A stretch of DNA of 64,000 nucleotides. Origin: a virus. Its lineage: Duplodnaviria; Caudoviricetes. The position numbers and the translations under genes were made by a program. Shown piece by piece: positions 9,745 through 20,686 of this stretch (positions are counted from its first letter, which is position 1; every line of letters starts with the position of its first letter). The stretch covers positions 31,907 through 95,906 of the IMG/VR virus record IMGVR_UViG_3300009678_001573; one strand, 5' to 3'. The notes beneath the pieces were generated by a model. The model was not told the origin of the DNA and ran no database searches. It saw nothing but the letters and a program-made list of their open reading frames with translations.

Positions 9745-12408
9745 ATGGCTTCCATAGACGATACTTCGGTATATCCTGACGAGATCGACGGTTATTCTAC
9801 CTTACCGTTACGCAGAAATCTTGTCCATGAGATACGTGCCGAAGATCATAATAGGCTTCGTAATGCCATAGTTCGCATTCAGCAAGAGCTAGGCACAAAC
9901 CCATCAGGCTCATATTCCACAGTAGCAGCCCTCTTAAATAATGTGGCCGACGCGAAAGCACTGATAGATGCACATCTTATAGATACCACTGATGCCCATC
10001 CAGCAGTAGCCATCTCTATTACTGATTCTGGCGACAACTATGTTGCCACTAATGTAGAAGATGCTCTGTCCGAATTAGCTGCTATTTTACCAGTTGCTTT
10101 GGACGTTATAGGCGCTAATAATACCGATATACCAAATTCCGGTATTCCTGATTTTGTTGAACAAGAGGGTACCTTATTTTTGTTTAATACGGTCGGTGGC
10201 GGAAGTGATGTTGAAAAAACGCAACCAATTAATATAACTGGTATTCAAGTTATTGAAGTCGGCGAAGCTAACGGTGAGGGCTCAGGAGCTGAATTAGTAT
10301 TTAATCCAGTTGGCTCTAAGTTAACTTGGAAAGCGCCAGGAGATTCGGCTGGTGCAGAGGTTGATGTATCTAGTTTGGCTACCGGAGAAATAGTAACTTT
10401 AAGTTCTGGTGATACTTCTAAAAAAATAAGAATTGTTAGAACATCTGCTCCATTTAATATCATAGGATTGCCAACTGATATTTTTGATATCTATAAACTT
10501 AAAGCCAAAACAGGAGCCTATTCATTAGATGGAACAGGCATCAAAGATACTAATTTTATAACTCGTACATCGGTTGGTAGCACAGGAACAAGTCGTAGTC
10601 AGTTTGTTATCAAGGGTACTGTGTTTCCGGCAGATAAAGGCACCCTAGTACTACAAAGAAAACTGAGAAGTAGTTCTCAGTTTTCCCCTTCAGCTGTGTT
10701 AGATCTTGCTGAAAATTTTGACGAAGACGCCCGAGCAGATGGGCAATTGGTATACACTCCGTCATTAGAAGACTTCGATACTATTATATTATATGACAGG
10801 CATCCTGCCAGAAAAGATTATGAAACGCTAGCATTAGATGCAGATGGAAATCCAATTTATGAAAATTTCGATTTATCTGCAACATTTTCACCATTTCAAA
10901 TAGCAAAATATGTTATTCCTGTTTCTAATAATACCTTGATAGGTGGTGCATTAGAAGCGCCAATAGATATTTCTGCATCTGATGTTAATGATAAAGTATC
11001 TACCTATAGATTAGTTCATTATGGTCCCGGCGTTACTGACTTTAACGGAGAGCCTGATACATCTAATATATTTAGCATTAGTGATTCATTTAGTGATGCC
11101 GATGACGGTGACAATACAGTAAGAATGTCAAATGTCTTTTTGGACGACGATGCTACTAGGCCATCAATTAATGCATTGGTATTGCGCCCAGCATTAGATG
11201 TAGAGGTATTAGAAAAAACCATATCAGGTATTCATTACTTTAATGGGGCAGATGATTTATTTGATATAGAAATGAAGTCCGATACTAATATATTTAAAAA
11301 ATCTTATTTAAGAAATGATATATTAAGATTTACAACTGATGTCTTTACTTTTCCATCAGGAGATGGTTATGGTCAAAATGTTAGAGTAACTCAACTACGT
11401 GATGATGGGTACGACCTATATTCTGATTCCAATCTCCCGGATTTTACAGATATCTCAAAAGATCATGCCTTTTACCTTGTCAATGTCACAATCAATGATG
11501 GCAGAAGGCTATACATAGGTGAAAATAAATTTAGTGTGCGCAGTCATATTACTGGGACCATCTATGATCCATTCGGCCCAGGCGATGCCAACGATGCATA
11601 TGGTTTAATTACCAGTCAATTAAAAATATTATCAAACTCTTACAGTAGATATAGAGCAACTGATACAGAAGAATATTTCACAGACGAGAGCTATAGAGTT
11701 GGCTCAAATGAAATATTTGATTTTGAGCTTGATAATGGGCAATTTACGCATGATTATGGATCAAATGGAGACGGCTATACCCTTAAAGCATGGGATAGCG
11801 GGGTTGCATTAGATACCGTAGTGGATGTAAATTCAAGTACTGCTAACGGATTGCAATGTGGCGGAAAATTTGGTACTGGATCAGAACCCGATGATACGGC
11901 AGATTTCGTGTTTCCTGGTTTAATTTACCCACAAGATGACTATTCTGCGACTGATATACGACCATTGCAATTTGGCTCCGTAGATTATAGTGCATTCTCT
12001 GGTGATAGATACTATCAAAGATTATTTAGCCTTAACAAAACTACTAATGGTGGCAAATTACGCATAGTAAGCGCGGGAAGTTCTCTTATTTCATTTAACG
12101 ACATTGCAGCCTCTAATGCAAGTCGTTTTTGTAAGATAGAAGTTAAAATACCTGGAGTTGGGCCAAATAGTACTGAATGGTTAGATTTGGGCAAATTCTT
12201 TATTACAGGTTTATTTGAAGACGGCGACGGCGCATTAATTCCACCAATTACCGGTGTCGAGGGTGATTTTACCATTCCATTTACATTTGGAGAAAGAAAC
12301 ACCGCAGATAGCGGAAATATGATTGCGGTGAAAGTAACATATTTCGGCTCACAGATAACTATCGCAAAAAAGAAAGTACTTTCGTTGTTACAATTATTAG
12401 ATCCATAA
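9745..12408 (+). CDS. virion structural protein (887 aa), probably collar/fibre-associated
   Basis: The N-terminal YPDEID...AEDHNRLRNAIVRIQQELGTNPSG domain is shared with the genes at 21652 and 24694. AHPAVAIS and ATNVEDALSEL are fibre-type motifs. GGAG SD. Confidence 0.6.
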   Translation: MASIDDTSVYPDEIDGYSTLPLRRNLVHEIRAEDHNRLRNAIVRIQQELGTNPSGSYSTVAALLNNVADAKALIDAHLIDTTDAHPAVAISITDSGDNYVATNVEDALSELAAILPVALDVIGANNTDIPNSGIPDFVEQEGTLFLFNTVGGGSDVEKTQPINITGIQVIEVGEANGEGSGAELVFNPVGSKLTWKAPGDSAGAEVDVSSLATGEIVTLSSGDTSKKIRIVRTSAPFNIIGLPTDIFDIYKLKAKTGAYSLDGTGIKDTNFITRTSVGSTGTSRSQFVIKGTVFPADKGTLVLQRKLRSSSQFSPSAVLDLAENFDEDARADGQLVYTPSLEDFDTIILYDRHPARKDYETLALDADGNPIYENFDLSATFSPFQIAKYVIPVSNNTLIGGALEAPIDISASDVNDKVSTYRLVHYGPGVTDFNGEPDTSNIFSISDSFSDADDGDNTVRMSNVFLDDDATRPSINALVLRPALDVEVLEKTISGIHYFNGADDLFDIEMKSDTNIFKKSYLRNDILRFTTDVFTFPSGDGYGQNVRVTQLRDDGYDLYSDSNLPDFTDISKDHAFYLVNVTINDGRRLYIGENKFSVRSHITGTIYDPFGPGDANDAYGLITSQLKILSNSYSRYRATDTEEYFTDESYRVGSNEIFDFELDNGQFTHDYGSNGDGYTLKAWDSGVALDTVVDVNSSTANGLQCGGKFGTGSEPDDTADFVFPGLIYPQDDYSATDIRPLQFGSVDYSAFSGDRYYQRLFSLNKTTNGGKLRIVSAGSSLISFNDIAASNASRFCKIEVKIPGVGPNSTEWLDLGKFFITGLFEDGDGALIPPITGVEGDFTIPFTFGERNTADSGNMIAVKVTYFGSQITIAKKKVLSLLQLLDP

Positions 12409-12423
12409 TAAGAGGTTTATTAG

Positions 12424-15400
12424 ATGGCAAATTTTGAGGACAAAAACAAGGAACAATTAGCAGCCGCCGAGAGGTATTTGAGCGATAAGGCCAATACTCT
12501 TGGCAAAGATGCTAATTTGATTTCAGAACCATTTGTTCGTAGTGATAAAGTACCACACAGCGATATTATGACCCAAACACCCTCTGCTAATGAAGGTCTA
12601 CTTGCGCCCAATTATGATGATTATCCTACGGAAGGTGCAATAGGAACTAGATATCCTACTGTAAGATTACTTTCATATTTGCCATCAGGATTAACTGGAC
12701 CAAATTCTGTTCAGACCTTTATGGCTATCACTGGCGCACCAGCAACTAATAACCCAATTGATATAGAAAGTGTACGTCTCAAGCCGCTAATTTCGCCAAA
12801 ATTTTCACAAGGTAAAGCTAATGCAGCCCACGGTGATCCTAACTTTAGGGGCTTTGAATTGGCCTTATATCCAGCTAAATCTACGGGTGGTATAGGATTT
12901 GCACTAGAAGCTGATACTACTAATGGCCCAATATCCATATTGGCTGATCCTGGCGCCGGCCCGCCAGCAGATATTGCGCCTGGAATGGGAAACGATGGGT
13001 TTTGGACCGTAGATTATAATAATGGTATTGTAAGATTTAGTCGTGCACCACTTAATGGATCATCCGGAGTGATGAATCCAAATAATGTATATGGCAACAT
13101 AGAAGGGGCCGAAGTATCTGATGCTTATGGCGCTATTACCATGTTTGCCACTTTCTATCACTATACAGGTGATTATGGAACTAGCTCTAACTTAGGTTTT
13201 GTAACAGTAGGCGATGGTTATGTAAGCGAAGGTATATTTAATGGTGTAGGACAAAATACCTTACAAGCCGCTATTGATTCAGTTGCTGCTCAGGGCGGAA
13301 CAGTATTTGTTAAGCCGGGAAATTATACTTATGATGGATTTGCAGAAATTCCAGTTAATGTAAGTGTAATTGGTTTAAATGGCGTTGTAATAACTAAAGC
13401 AGCAGAAGATCCGGCCTTTGTTATTACTGGAAGTAATTCTGTCTTAGATAATTTTCATATCACTTCTGTTGGCTCAAACGCAAAGCCAGTAATACAGCTA
13501 TCTACCGATGATCCAAATACTACTCTTGAAAATGTTGTTATAAAAAACATTAGATTAGATGTTGATGCAGATTCTTATGGTATTGGATTCTTGCCAGAGT
13601 ATACCAATACTTTATACAAAAATATAACAATAGAGAAAAATATATTTTCTCCAATTAATGCCAGGGCCACTTATATAGGTCTTGTGTATCCAGAAACGGA
13701 TGGATATGCATCTTTTGAAAAAATTAATATCTTCGATAATGATTTTGGAGGTGGCGGCTTTAATTCAGTAGCTATCCAATTTACAGGATCGCAGATATCT
13801 AAATTTAATGATTGTGGTATTTTGAGAAACCATGCCTATACAAATTCATCAATTATATTAGGATCACCAACTGCTGTATTTGAGCATTTTACGATTGCAG
13901 ATAATAATATGGCATTTTCAGATTTAATGTTCCATGGACTTGAGCTTGCAGCATCGCATATATCAGATTCGCAATTTGGACGAGTTACCTTACATCATGA
14001 TGGAAATTTCTTTGGTGGTTTATTTGATATAAATATAGATAATAATATAATTCATGATCAATTCGATATGGGCGGTAGAATTTCTGCAGCATCTATATCA
14101 TCTAATACCATGTTGGAATCTACAACCAATATATATGGTAGCGCTTGGGTAAGAGAAGATTACCCATACTATGGTCAGCACTATGCTATTACCGAGGGTA
14201 ATGGCACCTGGCTTGTAGTAGGCGGAGATGATGACGTATATGTTGGAGATACTTTTCTTGCCTCTACTGATAATGCCGATACTTGGCATCGTAGAAAATC
14301 ATCTTCATTTATATCAAATTCCTCTATTACATTTCATAAAATACGAAGTATAGAGTATGGTAATAATATTTGGGTTGCTGGCACTGATGCTGGAACAATC
14401 CGTGTTTCTTCGGATGCAAATAATTGGACGCACACATTCCAGTCTCCATGGGGTGTTTTTGGGGTAGTTTACGATGGTTATAGTATGTGGAATACTGTCG
14501 GTGGATCTGGCGGTGCAGCTGGTGTAATTCATTGGTCAACAGATGCCATTAATTGGAATACCGCAAGCAATATACCCGCAGTTACTGTTAATGCCGTAGA
14601 TTATGATGCATCTACCGGATTACGTGTCGCAGTCGGTGGCAGCGGTGGTACGGCAGGAATATTTACTTCAGATGACGGAATTAACTGGACTAATAAAGTT
14701 TCTCCACTGGCTACAACTTTTAACGATGTAACTAGCAATGGCGTAGGATACTGGGCCGCCGTGGGTAATAGCGGCGGTGTCATCACATCTGACAATGGTA
14801 TAGATTGGGTCACTAGAACCACCGGAATAAGCAATGCCCTTCGTGGCGTTGCTTATGGTAATGGTATTTGGGTTGCAGTAGGTGCAGCGGGTTCAATAGT
14901 TACTTCTACAGATGGTATTACCTGGACCTATAATATTACTTTCCCATTCTTGGTGACTAGTGAGAATTTTAGAGGCATTCATTTTGAAAATGGTCAGTTT
15001 GTAATGGTCTCTGAAATAAACATATATACTTCTGTTGATGGTGCAACTTGGGCACGGGCAGAAAATAAATTTACTTGTAATGCTCCTATATATGATGTAG
15101 AATATGATGGTAATGGTACTTGGGTTTCTGTAGGACATATAGAAACGCTTGGCGCACCATATATTGCGTATTCTAAAAATAACGGCAAAGATTGGACAAG
15201 ATCTATTCTTCCCGGCGTAACATCAGCTGGCTCAGGATTACGTGGCGTAGATTATGGCAATGGTGTTTGGTTGGCCGCAGGAGATACTAATGTGTTGGGC
15301 ACTCCGGGTGTAGCTACATCTACCGATGGTGTTACTTGGAACTGGCTTTCTGAGATAGGATTGCCTCCATTAGAAAAGATTCATTACGACGGCTATAGTA

Positions 15401-18400
15401 TGTGGACTGCTGTAGGCTCAAGCGGAGTAATTCGTAACTCTACCGATAATGGCGCAAGCTGGACCTCAGCAACATCAGGTGTAACATCTACATTAAGAGA
15501 TATTCATTATGCAAACGGTTTAAGAGTTGCCGTCGGTGATATAGATATTGGTACTGGTGTAATACTAACATCTCCGGACGGTACAGTGTGGACCAGAAGA
15601 ACAACAGGTCTTGCTGTTAATGTTAATGGCGTTACTTATTCACATGTTCATGGTTTATGGGTTGCTGGGACAAGCTCTGGTACTATTTTTACTTCAACAG
15701 ACGGCGAAGTATGGACCAATACAGCAGATATAGGAGACCCAATCAATCATATAAAGGCAAATGATAATGGTGAATTTGTTGCCGTAGGTGCTGGTAACTC
15801 AGGCGGAAATAAGCCCGAAATATATTATTCTACAAATGGTATAACCTGGCAAACCAGATATGTGCCTCTACCATCACATAATGCTAAGTTATCTAGAATT
15901 AGTTATGGTGCAGGGAGATGGATGAGTGTAGGGTCACATGACACCACCGGTCCAGCTATAATTATGTCTTCGATGACACCTCAATTTGATTATACATTAA
16001 ACAATGTTGCTATAGAGGGCAATGAATTGCTTGCACTTAAGATGCCACTTGGTAGTACAAACAATTCTGTCAATATTAATGACAACGATTTGCATCTAGA
16101 GTTAGAAATTGGCGGACAATTAAGTAAGAGTAATATAAATAATAATAGGGTTGGTTCATCAAAAGATCTTTCTCAGGGCGCCAGTGTGCGCTTTGGTGGC
16201 ATGGATAGATGCAATGTAAGCAATAACGTATTTGAAGCAGATACATTTGCAACACTACTAGGAACTTCTGGTTTTGTTATTAGCGGTTCTACATTCTCTA
16301 ATAACAAAATTGTGCCTCAGCTCACCGAATCTTTAACAGCCAATATATCTTTGAACTTCCAGGATTCTATTTTCGAAGATAGTTATATTCAGGGTGCCTT
16401 TACTTTTGCAAGTCCAAGAGTAAATAGTGTTATCAGGGGAAATAGAATTACGGGTTCACTAACGCTAACAAGCGATTCGGATAATTGTCTGATAGCAGAC
16501 AATATAATTACTGGAACTTTTAGCAGTGGTGACTTTGATAGCTCCCTATTTAATAATAACACAACGGCTGGAGCTACATTTGGGCTTATAGCCAATTCAG
16601 CATTAAATGAAAATAGGATGTCATCCTGGGTTTCTGGGGCTGTTCTTTCTTGTATACTTGCTGATAACAAGATTTTCTCATCTTGGACTTCTGGAGAAAT
16701 CTTTGACTCTATTTTATCAAGCAATACTATTCTTGGTTCATTTAGCCCAGGCTCAGCGAATGTCTCTAAGACGCAAATGCTGAATAATATAATTACTGGA
16801 AATATGTTATGGACTGGGTCTGTATTTGATAGCATGTTTAGTAATAATACTTTGGGTAACGCCGCAGCCGGCGCAGGCTGGACTATTTCAAAGACATTCG
16901 TAAATAATATTGTATCTGGAAATAGAATAGCTAGCTTTACAACCAATGATATTTTTGACCAGGTATTATACACAAATAATTATACAGAAAATTTCACTGG
17001 TAATAATTTAATACAGCGATCTGTTTTTTCAGACGGATACTATACTAACATATTTAATGTTCTAAATGCTTCAGGCGGAAATGATACGGCGGCTATGAAA
17101 GACTGCACCATATCAGGTAATTGGTTCGGTGGTCAGCTTTTCATAAACTCTTCACATGCAACTGCTCTTACAGTAGATAATGTCAATATATCAAATAATA
17201 TAGTGCAAAGCTCAATAGATATAGCGCCGTCTTCTTCTGTAGTTGGTAATATAACTAAATTAGTTATTGCCTCCAACAGTGTAGTGTCTGCGATTAATTT
17301 AGGAAATACTGGATTACCACCAAGCACAGTAAGTTGCACAGATGTTAGTGTAACGGACAATAAGGTTGGAGTAGCTGGCTCATCCGGTGATTTTGTAATC
17401 GGTGGCCAAATAGTAGATTCTAAAATTACAGGCAACTCTATAGGATTTACATTTACATTAGACTATGCAGATGGCGTAGACATTAGTTCTAATACCTTGA
17501 GAAATGTCGTTACCGACTATATGACTAATTGTGTGTTCTCTGGAAATAAAGTATCTGGTACGGTTGCATTTGGAAATACTGGGTCATCTAGCACAATAGA
17601 TATAACGGCCATAACCAATAACGTGTTTGAAGATGATATTACCTTTGCCGAAACTTCTGGTGGATGCTATGCGGTAATACTTTCTAATAATACAAGCCAA
17701 GGCATATTTGTAATGTGCTCAGATTGGAACCGTTGTGTTATTTCTAATAACACAGTTGATGGATCCGGTGGTCTAGCGGCTATAGAAATTGGTACGGCGG
17801 TCAATAATGGGGCCGTCACTGAAACGGTTATTGCAAATAATCAGGCAGAATTCGGATTCTTCTCTCACTCACAATTCGATGAAGTGGTATTTTGTGGCAA
17901 CAGAATATCTTCATTTGAGATAGAAATAGATGCAGCTGCTAGTTTAAGTCGTTGTGCAGATCAAAGTGCCTTTATAGGCAATTGGATAGAAAATGAAATG
18001 GTGTTTGATTTCAATCGCACAACGAGCTCTGCTGTTATCAATCAATGTACTATATCTAGCAACTCCATCGAGTTCAGTGGTATAGATATTAGCACTCTTG
18101 GTGCTAATGCTATAGCCCTTTCTACCATTTCTAGCAATGCTTGCAACGGTGGACTAATCATAACCTCTACTAGCACTGGAGACACAGTTTCTAGATGTAA
18201 TATAAGTTCTAATTCATTCTTTGGTGCTATGACTATTAATCATACCGGAACTAGTGGTAGTGTATTATTTGATTCTGTCATAGGAAATAATAGCATTACC
18301 TCTGGCAATATGGATCTTGGCCTCGGCGTCACCGGCACAGAAACTATTACTGTATTAAATGGATGCAGTGTAATAGGAAATAGAATATCAGGCGGAAATC

Positions 18401-20277
18401 TTAGTATATCTGTGAGTGGTAGAGACGAAACAACTGCCACAACAGTAAATTCTACTATTTCCGATAATTTTATGTCCGGAAACATGAATGTTTATGGCGC
18501 CACCAATGAAACTTCAATTGTTGGCAATACATTTACTAGTTTAGCATTCCATATCCTTACAGAAACTCTCTTTTCTAATAATAATCTAGACGGTAACGTC
18601 ACCTCACTGGTAGACGATGGTTATGGTATCTTGGCAGATTCGATATTTACAAACAATGTAGTGGCAGGGTCTATGACTCTCACTACAAATGCTGGAAGCT
18701 CAAGTACCAATCATCAAACTGTTATTGTTCGCTCTGGATTTACCAATAATGATATAGAAGGGCCGGTCAGATTCGTCGCTCAAACAACCAATCAATATGC
18801 GTCAGCACTAGATCAGGCCCTGATTCAGGGAAATAGATTTGGTGGAGAAGTACAAATGCAGATACGAGGTAGTGGTACTGTATTAGCGCCCCTTGAAGAT
18901 ATTACAGTAATAAATAGCATGATAGATGATAATATATTTATGGGCGAATTGCGCATTCTTGTTCTCAAGGATGATGGTTTTGGACTTGATACTTTTCATA
19001 CGTGTATTATGGCAGGCAGTACACTTAGAAATAATATAATAATGTCTAATGTTTGGATCACTAATATGGGAGGCTCGGTTTCAGCTTCAGCTATAGATAA
19101 TTGTATTATTTCTGGTAATATAATTGGAAATGAAACTACAAATCCAAACGTCGGCCCATTCACCTTCGGTAGCGCCAACTTATTTATAAATCATAACTTA
19201 AATCCAGCTTCCCCAGGCACTGTTGTTACAGATTTAATTTTAACTGATAATAGAATATATGGAGATATAATAATAGGCAACAATGCTGGATTTTCCTTCA
19301 CTAACGGAGATGTTTCCAATTCAATTATATCTAATAATAACTTGCTTCATTCGGATTCTAACTTTGGACGCATATCTATGGGAGATTTAAGTGTAGTAAC
19401 TATATCAGGTAATGTTTTCAATAATTTAGATTTTGATACTTTTGCTCAAACTACAATAACAGGAAATGTTATATTTTCGAGTTTGTCCGCCACAAGTTCT
19501 GCAGGTGTTCAGCTTAATTCAATAACGGGCAATTATATATTTGATGTTGCCTTTAGCTCAGTGCCCACTGGTACTTGGTTTGTTGGCAATAGATTCTCGG
19601 CTTTTGCCGCTTCTAGCTTCAGTTCCAATGTCATAATTGGAAACAGATTAGATACGGGAATAGATGGCGCATCATTATCCACATGTACTGTTATAGGAAA
19701 TATAATGGGGGCATTCCTTAATTTAACCTCAGTTAGTACTTCAACTATTATAGGCAATACTGCTACCAATTTTGCCATATCTAATAGTAGTGGTGCAACT
19801 ATTTTAATGAATGATACTATAGTTATTGGTAATAGATTTTCCTCAGCATTTTCTATAACACATACTGCAACTGGAACTGGCGCAACAATGTCAGAATCAC
19901 TTATAGCCTTAAATGTGTTTAATGGTACATTGACACTTGGGTCAACAGGTGCTTCTTTCGATCATGCATTTGTCAAATCCGGATTTATAGGTAATTATGG
20001 TGCCGGTGGAATTACACTTAGAACCAACGTAGATACTAATCTAACAGGACTAATAATTGCCGGAAACGCCATGGCTGCCTTTACATATAGCAATACGGCT
20101 TTAACTAATCTAACATCTCCGTCTACAACGGGAAGCGTAGATTTCTATTTGGCATTTAACTTTTTTTCAAGCTTTACCAGAGTGACATTTACAGCAAATA
20201 TTGCGTGGATTTCAAGCAATGTTAAGGCCCCAGGCGCCGCACCTACCGGCGGAGCTGGAACCAATGCATCTATATAA
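12424..20277 (+). CDS. giant tailspike/fibre (2617 aa): pectin-lyase-like beta-helix, Asp-box (BNR) beta-propeller repeats and a long parallel beta-helix
   Basis: LQAAIDSVAAQGGTVFVKPGNY is a typical tailspike beta-helix start. About 13 YGNG.WVAVG...I.TS.DG..W repeats follow, then many I.GN.I / ISNN repeats to the C-terminus. GAGG SD. Confidence 0.8.
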   Translation: MANFEDKNKEQLAAAERYLSDKANTLGKDANLISEPFVRSDKVPHSDIMTQTPSANEGLLAPNYDDYPTEGAIGTRYPTVRLLSYLPSGLTGPNSVQTFMAITGAPATNNPIDIESVRLKPLISPKFSQGKANAAHGDPNFRGFELALYPAKSTGGIGFALEADTTNGPISILADPGAGPPADIAPGMGNDGFWTVDYNNGIVRFSRAPLNGSSGVMNPNNVYGNIEGAEVSDAYGAITMFATFYHYTGDYGTSSNLGFVTVGDGYVSEGIFNGVGQNTLQAAIDSVAAQGGTVFVKPGNYTYDGFAEIPVNVSVIGLNGVVITKAAEDPAFVITGSNSVLDNFHITSVGSNAKPVIQLSTDDPNTTLENVVIKNIRLDVDADSYGIGFLPEYTNTLYKNITIEKNIFSPINARATYIGLVYPETDGYASFEKINIFDNDFGGGGFNSVAIQFTGSQISKFNDCGILRNHAYTNSSIILGSPTAVFEHFTIADNNMAFSDLMFHGLELAASHISDSQFGRVTLHHDGNFFGGLFDINIDNNIIHDQFDMGGRISAASISSNTMLESTTNIYGSAWVREDYPYYGQHYAITEGNGTWLVVGGDDDVYVGDTFLASTDNADTWHRRKSSSFISNSSITFHKIRSIEYGNNIWVAGTDAGTIRVSSDANNWTHTFQSPWGVFGVVYDGYSMWNTVGGSGGAAGVIHWSTDAINWNTASNIPAVTVNAVDYDASTGLRVAVGGSGGTAGIFTSDDGINWTNKVSPLATTFNDVTSNGVGYWAAVGNSGGVITSDNGIDWVTRTTGISNALRGVAYGNGIWVAVGAAGSIVTSTDGITWTYNITFPFLVTSENFRGIHFENGQFVMVSEINIYTSVDGATWARAENKFTCNAPIYDVEYDGNGTWVSVGHIETLGAPYIAYSKNNGKDWTRSILPGVTSAGSGLRGVDYGNGVWLAAGDTNVLGTPGVATSTDGVTWNWLSEIGLPPLEKIHYDGYSMWTAVGSSGVIRNSTDNGASWTSATSGVTSTLRDIHYANGLRVAVGDIDIGTGVILTSPDGTVWTRRTTGLAVNVNGVTYSHVHGLWVAGTSSGTIFTSTDGEVWTNTADIGDPINHIKANDNGEFVAVGAGNSGGNKPEIYYSTNGITWQTRYVPLPSHNAKLSRISYGAGRWMSVGSHDTTGPAIIMSSMTPQFDYTLNNVAIEGNELLALKMPLGSTNNSVNINDNDLHLELEIGGQLSKSNINNNRVGSSKDLSQGASVRFGGMDRCNVSNNVFEADTFATLLGTSGFVISGSTFSNNKIVPQLTESLTANISLNFQDSIFEDSYIQGAFTFASPRVNSVIRGNRITGSLTLTSDSDNCLIADNIITGTFSSGDFDSSLFNNNTTAGATFGLIANSALNENRMSSWVSGAVLSCILADNKIFSSWTSGEIFDSILSSNTILGSFSPGSANVSKTQMLNNIITGNMLWTGSVFDSMFSNNTLGNAAAGAGWTISKTFVNNIVSGNRIASFTTNDIFDQVLYTNNYTENFTGNNLIQRSVFSDGYYTNIFNVLNASGGNDTAAMKDCTISGNWFGGQLFINSSHATALTVDNVNISNNIVQSSIDIAPSSSVVGNITKLVIASNSVVSAINLGNTGLPPSTVSCTDVSVTDNKVGVAGSSGDFVIGGQIVDSKITGNSIGFTFTLDYADGVDISSNTLRNVVTDYMTNCVFSGNKVSGTVAFGNTGSSSTIDITAITNNVFEDDITFAETSGGCYAVILSNNTSQGIFVMCSDWNRCVISNNTVDGSGGLAAIEIGTAVNNGAVTETVIANNQAEFGFFSHSQFDEVVFCGNRISSFEIEIDAAASLSRCADQSAFIGNWIENEMVFDFNRTTSSAVINQCTISSNSIEFSGIDISTLGANAIALSTISSNACNGGLIITSTSTGDTVSRCNISSNSFFGAMTINHTGTSGSVLFDSVIGNNSITSGNMDLGLGVTGTETITVLNGCSVIGNRISGGNLSISVSGRDETTATTVNSTISDNFMSGNMNVYGATNETSIVGNTFTSLAFHILTETLFSNNNLDGNVTSLVDDGYGILADSIFTNNVVAGSMTLTTNAGSSSTNHQTVIVRSGFTNNDIEGPVRFVAQTTNQYASALDQALIQGNRFGGEVQMQIRGSGTVLAPLEDITVINSMIDDNIFMGELRILVLKDDGFGLDTFHTCIMAGSTLRNNIIMSNVWITNMGGSVSASAIDNCIISGNIIGNETTNPNVGPFTFGSANLFINHNLNPASPGTVVTDLILTDNRIYGDIIIGNNAGFSFTNGDVSNSIISNNNLLHSDSNFGRISMGDLSVVTISGNVFNNLDFDTFAQTTITGNVIFSSLSATSSAGVQLNSITGNYIFDVAFSSVPTGTWFVGNRFSAFAASSFSSNVIIGNRLDTGIDGASLSTCTVIGNIMGAFLNLTSVSTSTIIGNTATNFAISNSSGATILMNDTIVIGNRFSSAFSITHTATGTGATMSESLIALNVFNGTLTLGSTGASFDHAFVKSGFIGNYGAGGITLRTNVDTNLTGLIIAGNAMAAFTYSNTALTNLTSPSTTGSVDFYLAFNFFSSFTRVTFTANIAWISSNVKAPGAAPTGGAGTNASI

Positions 20278-20302
20278 TAATTTATAATTAAGGAGAATTA
20301 AA

Positions 20303-20686
20303 ATGAAAGAATCAGAAATTTTTATGTTGTTAAATAAAATATTAAGCAAAGTAGAGCACATAGAGACTAAATTAGTGGTACTAGAAAGCAAACTTGGTGC
20401 CAATATACCCAAAGTTGAGAACACTAATACTATTAAAAAAAGGGGCGATATTCCGGATATTAAAAAAGAAATTGATAAAATAAGACAAGAGCATTTTAAT
20501 AACTTTAAGATACCCACTAGCCCTGATTTAACTGGCGTTCCTGGAATATCTGGTGGTATGGCCGGAGTGCCAGATTTGACCGGATTAACAACTATGATAA
20601 AAGGTCTTCCATTTATAAAAAATGAGATAAAAGAAATCATTGATGCAGGTAATAAGGAAGTGAAAGATGAAGAACCTAATAAGTAA
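20303..20686 (+). CDS. hypothetical protein (127 aa) with N-terminal coiled coil
   Basis: Strong AAGGAG SD. K/E-rich and helical; no family recognised. Confidence 0.6.
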   Translation: MKESEIFMLLNKILSKVEHIETKLVVLESKLGANIPKVENTNTIKKRGDIPDIKKEIDKIRQEHFNNFKIPTSPDLTGVPGISGGMAGVPDLTGLTTMIKGLPFIKNEIKEIIDAGNKEVKDEEPNK

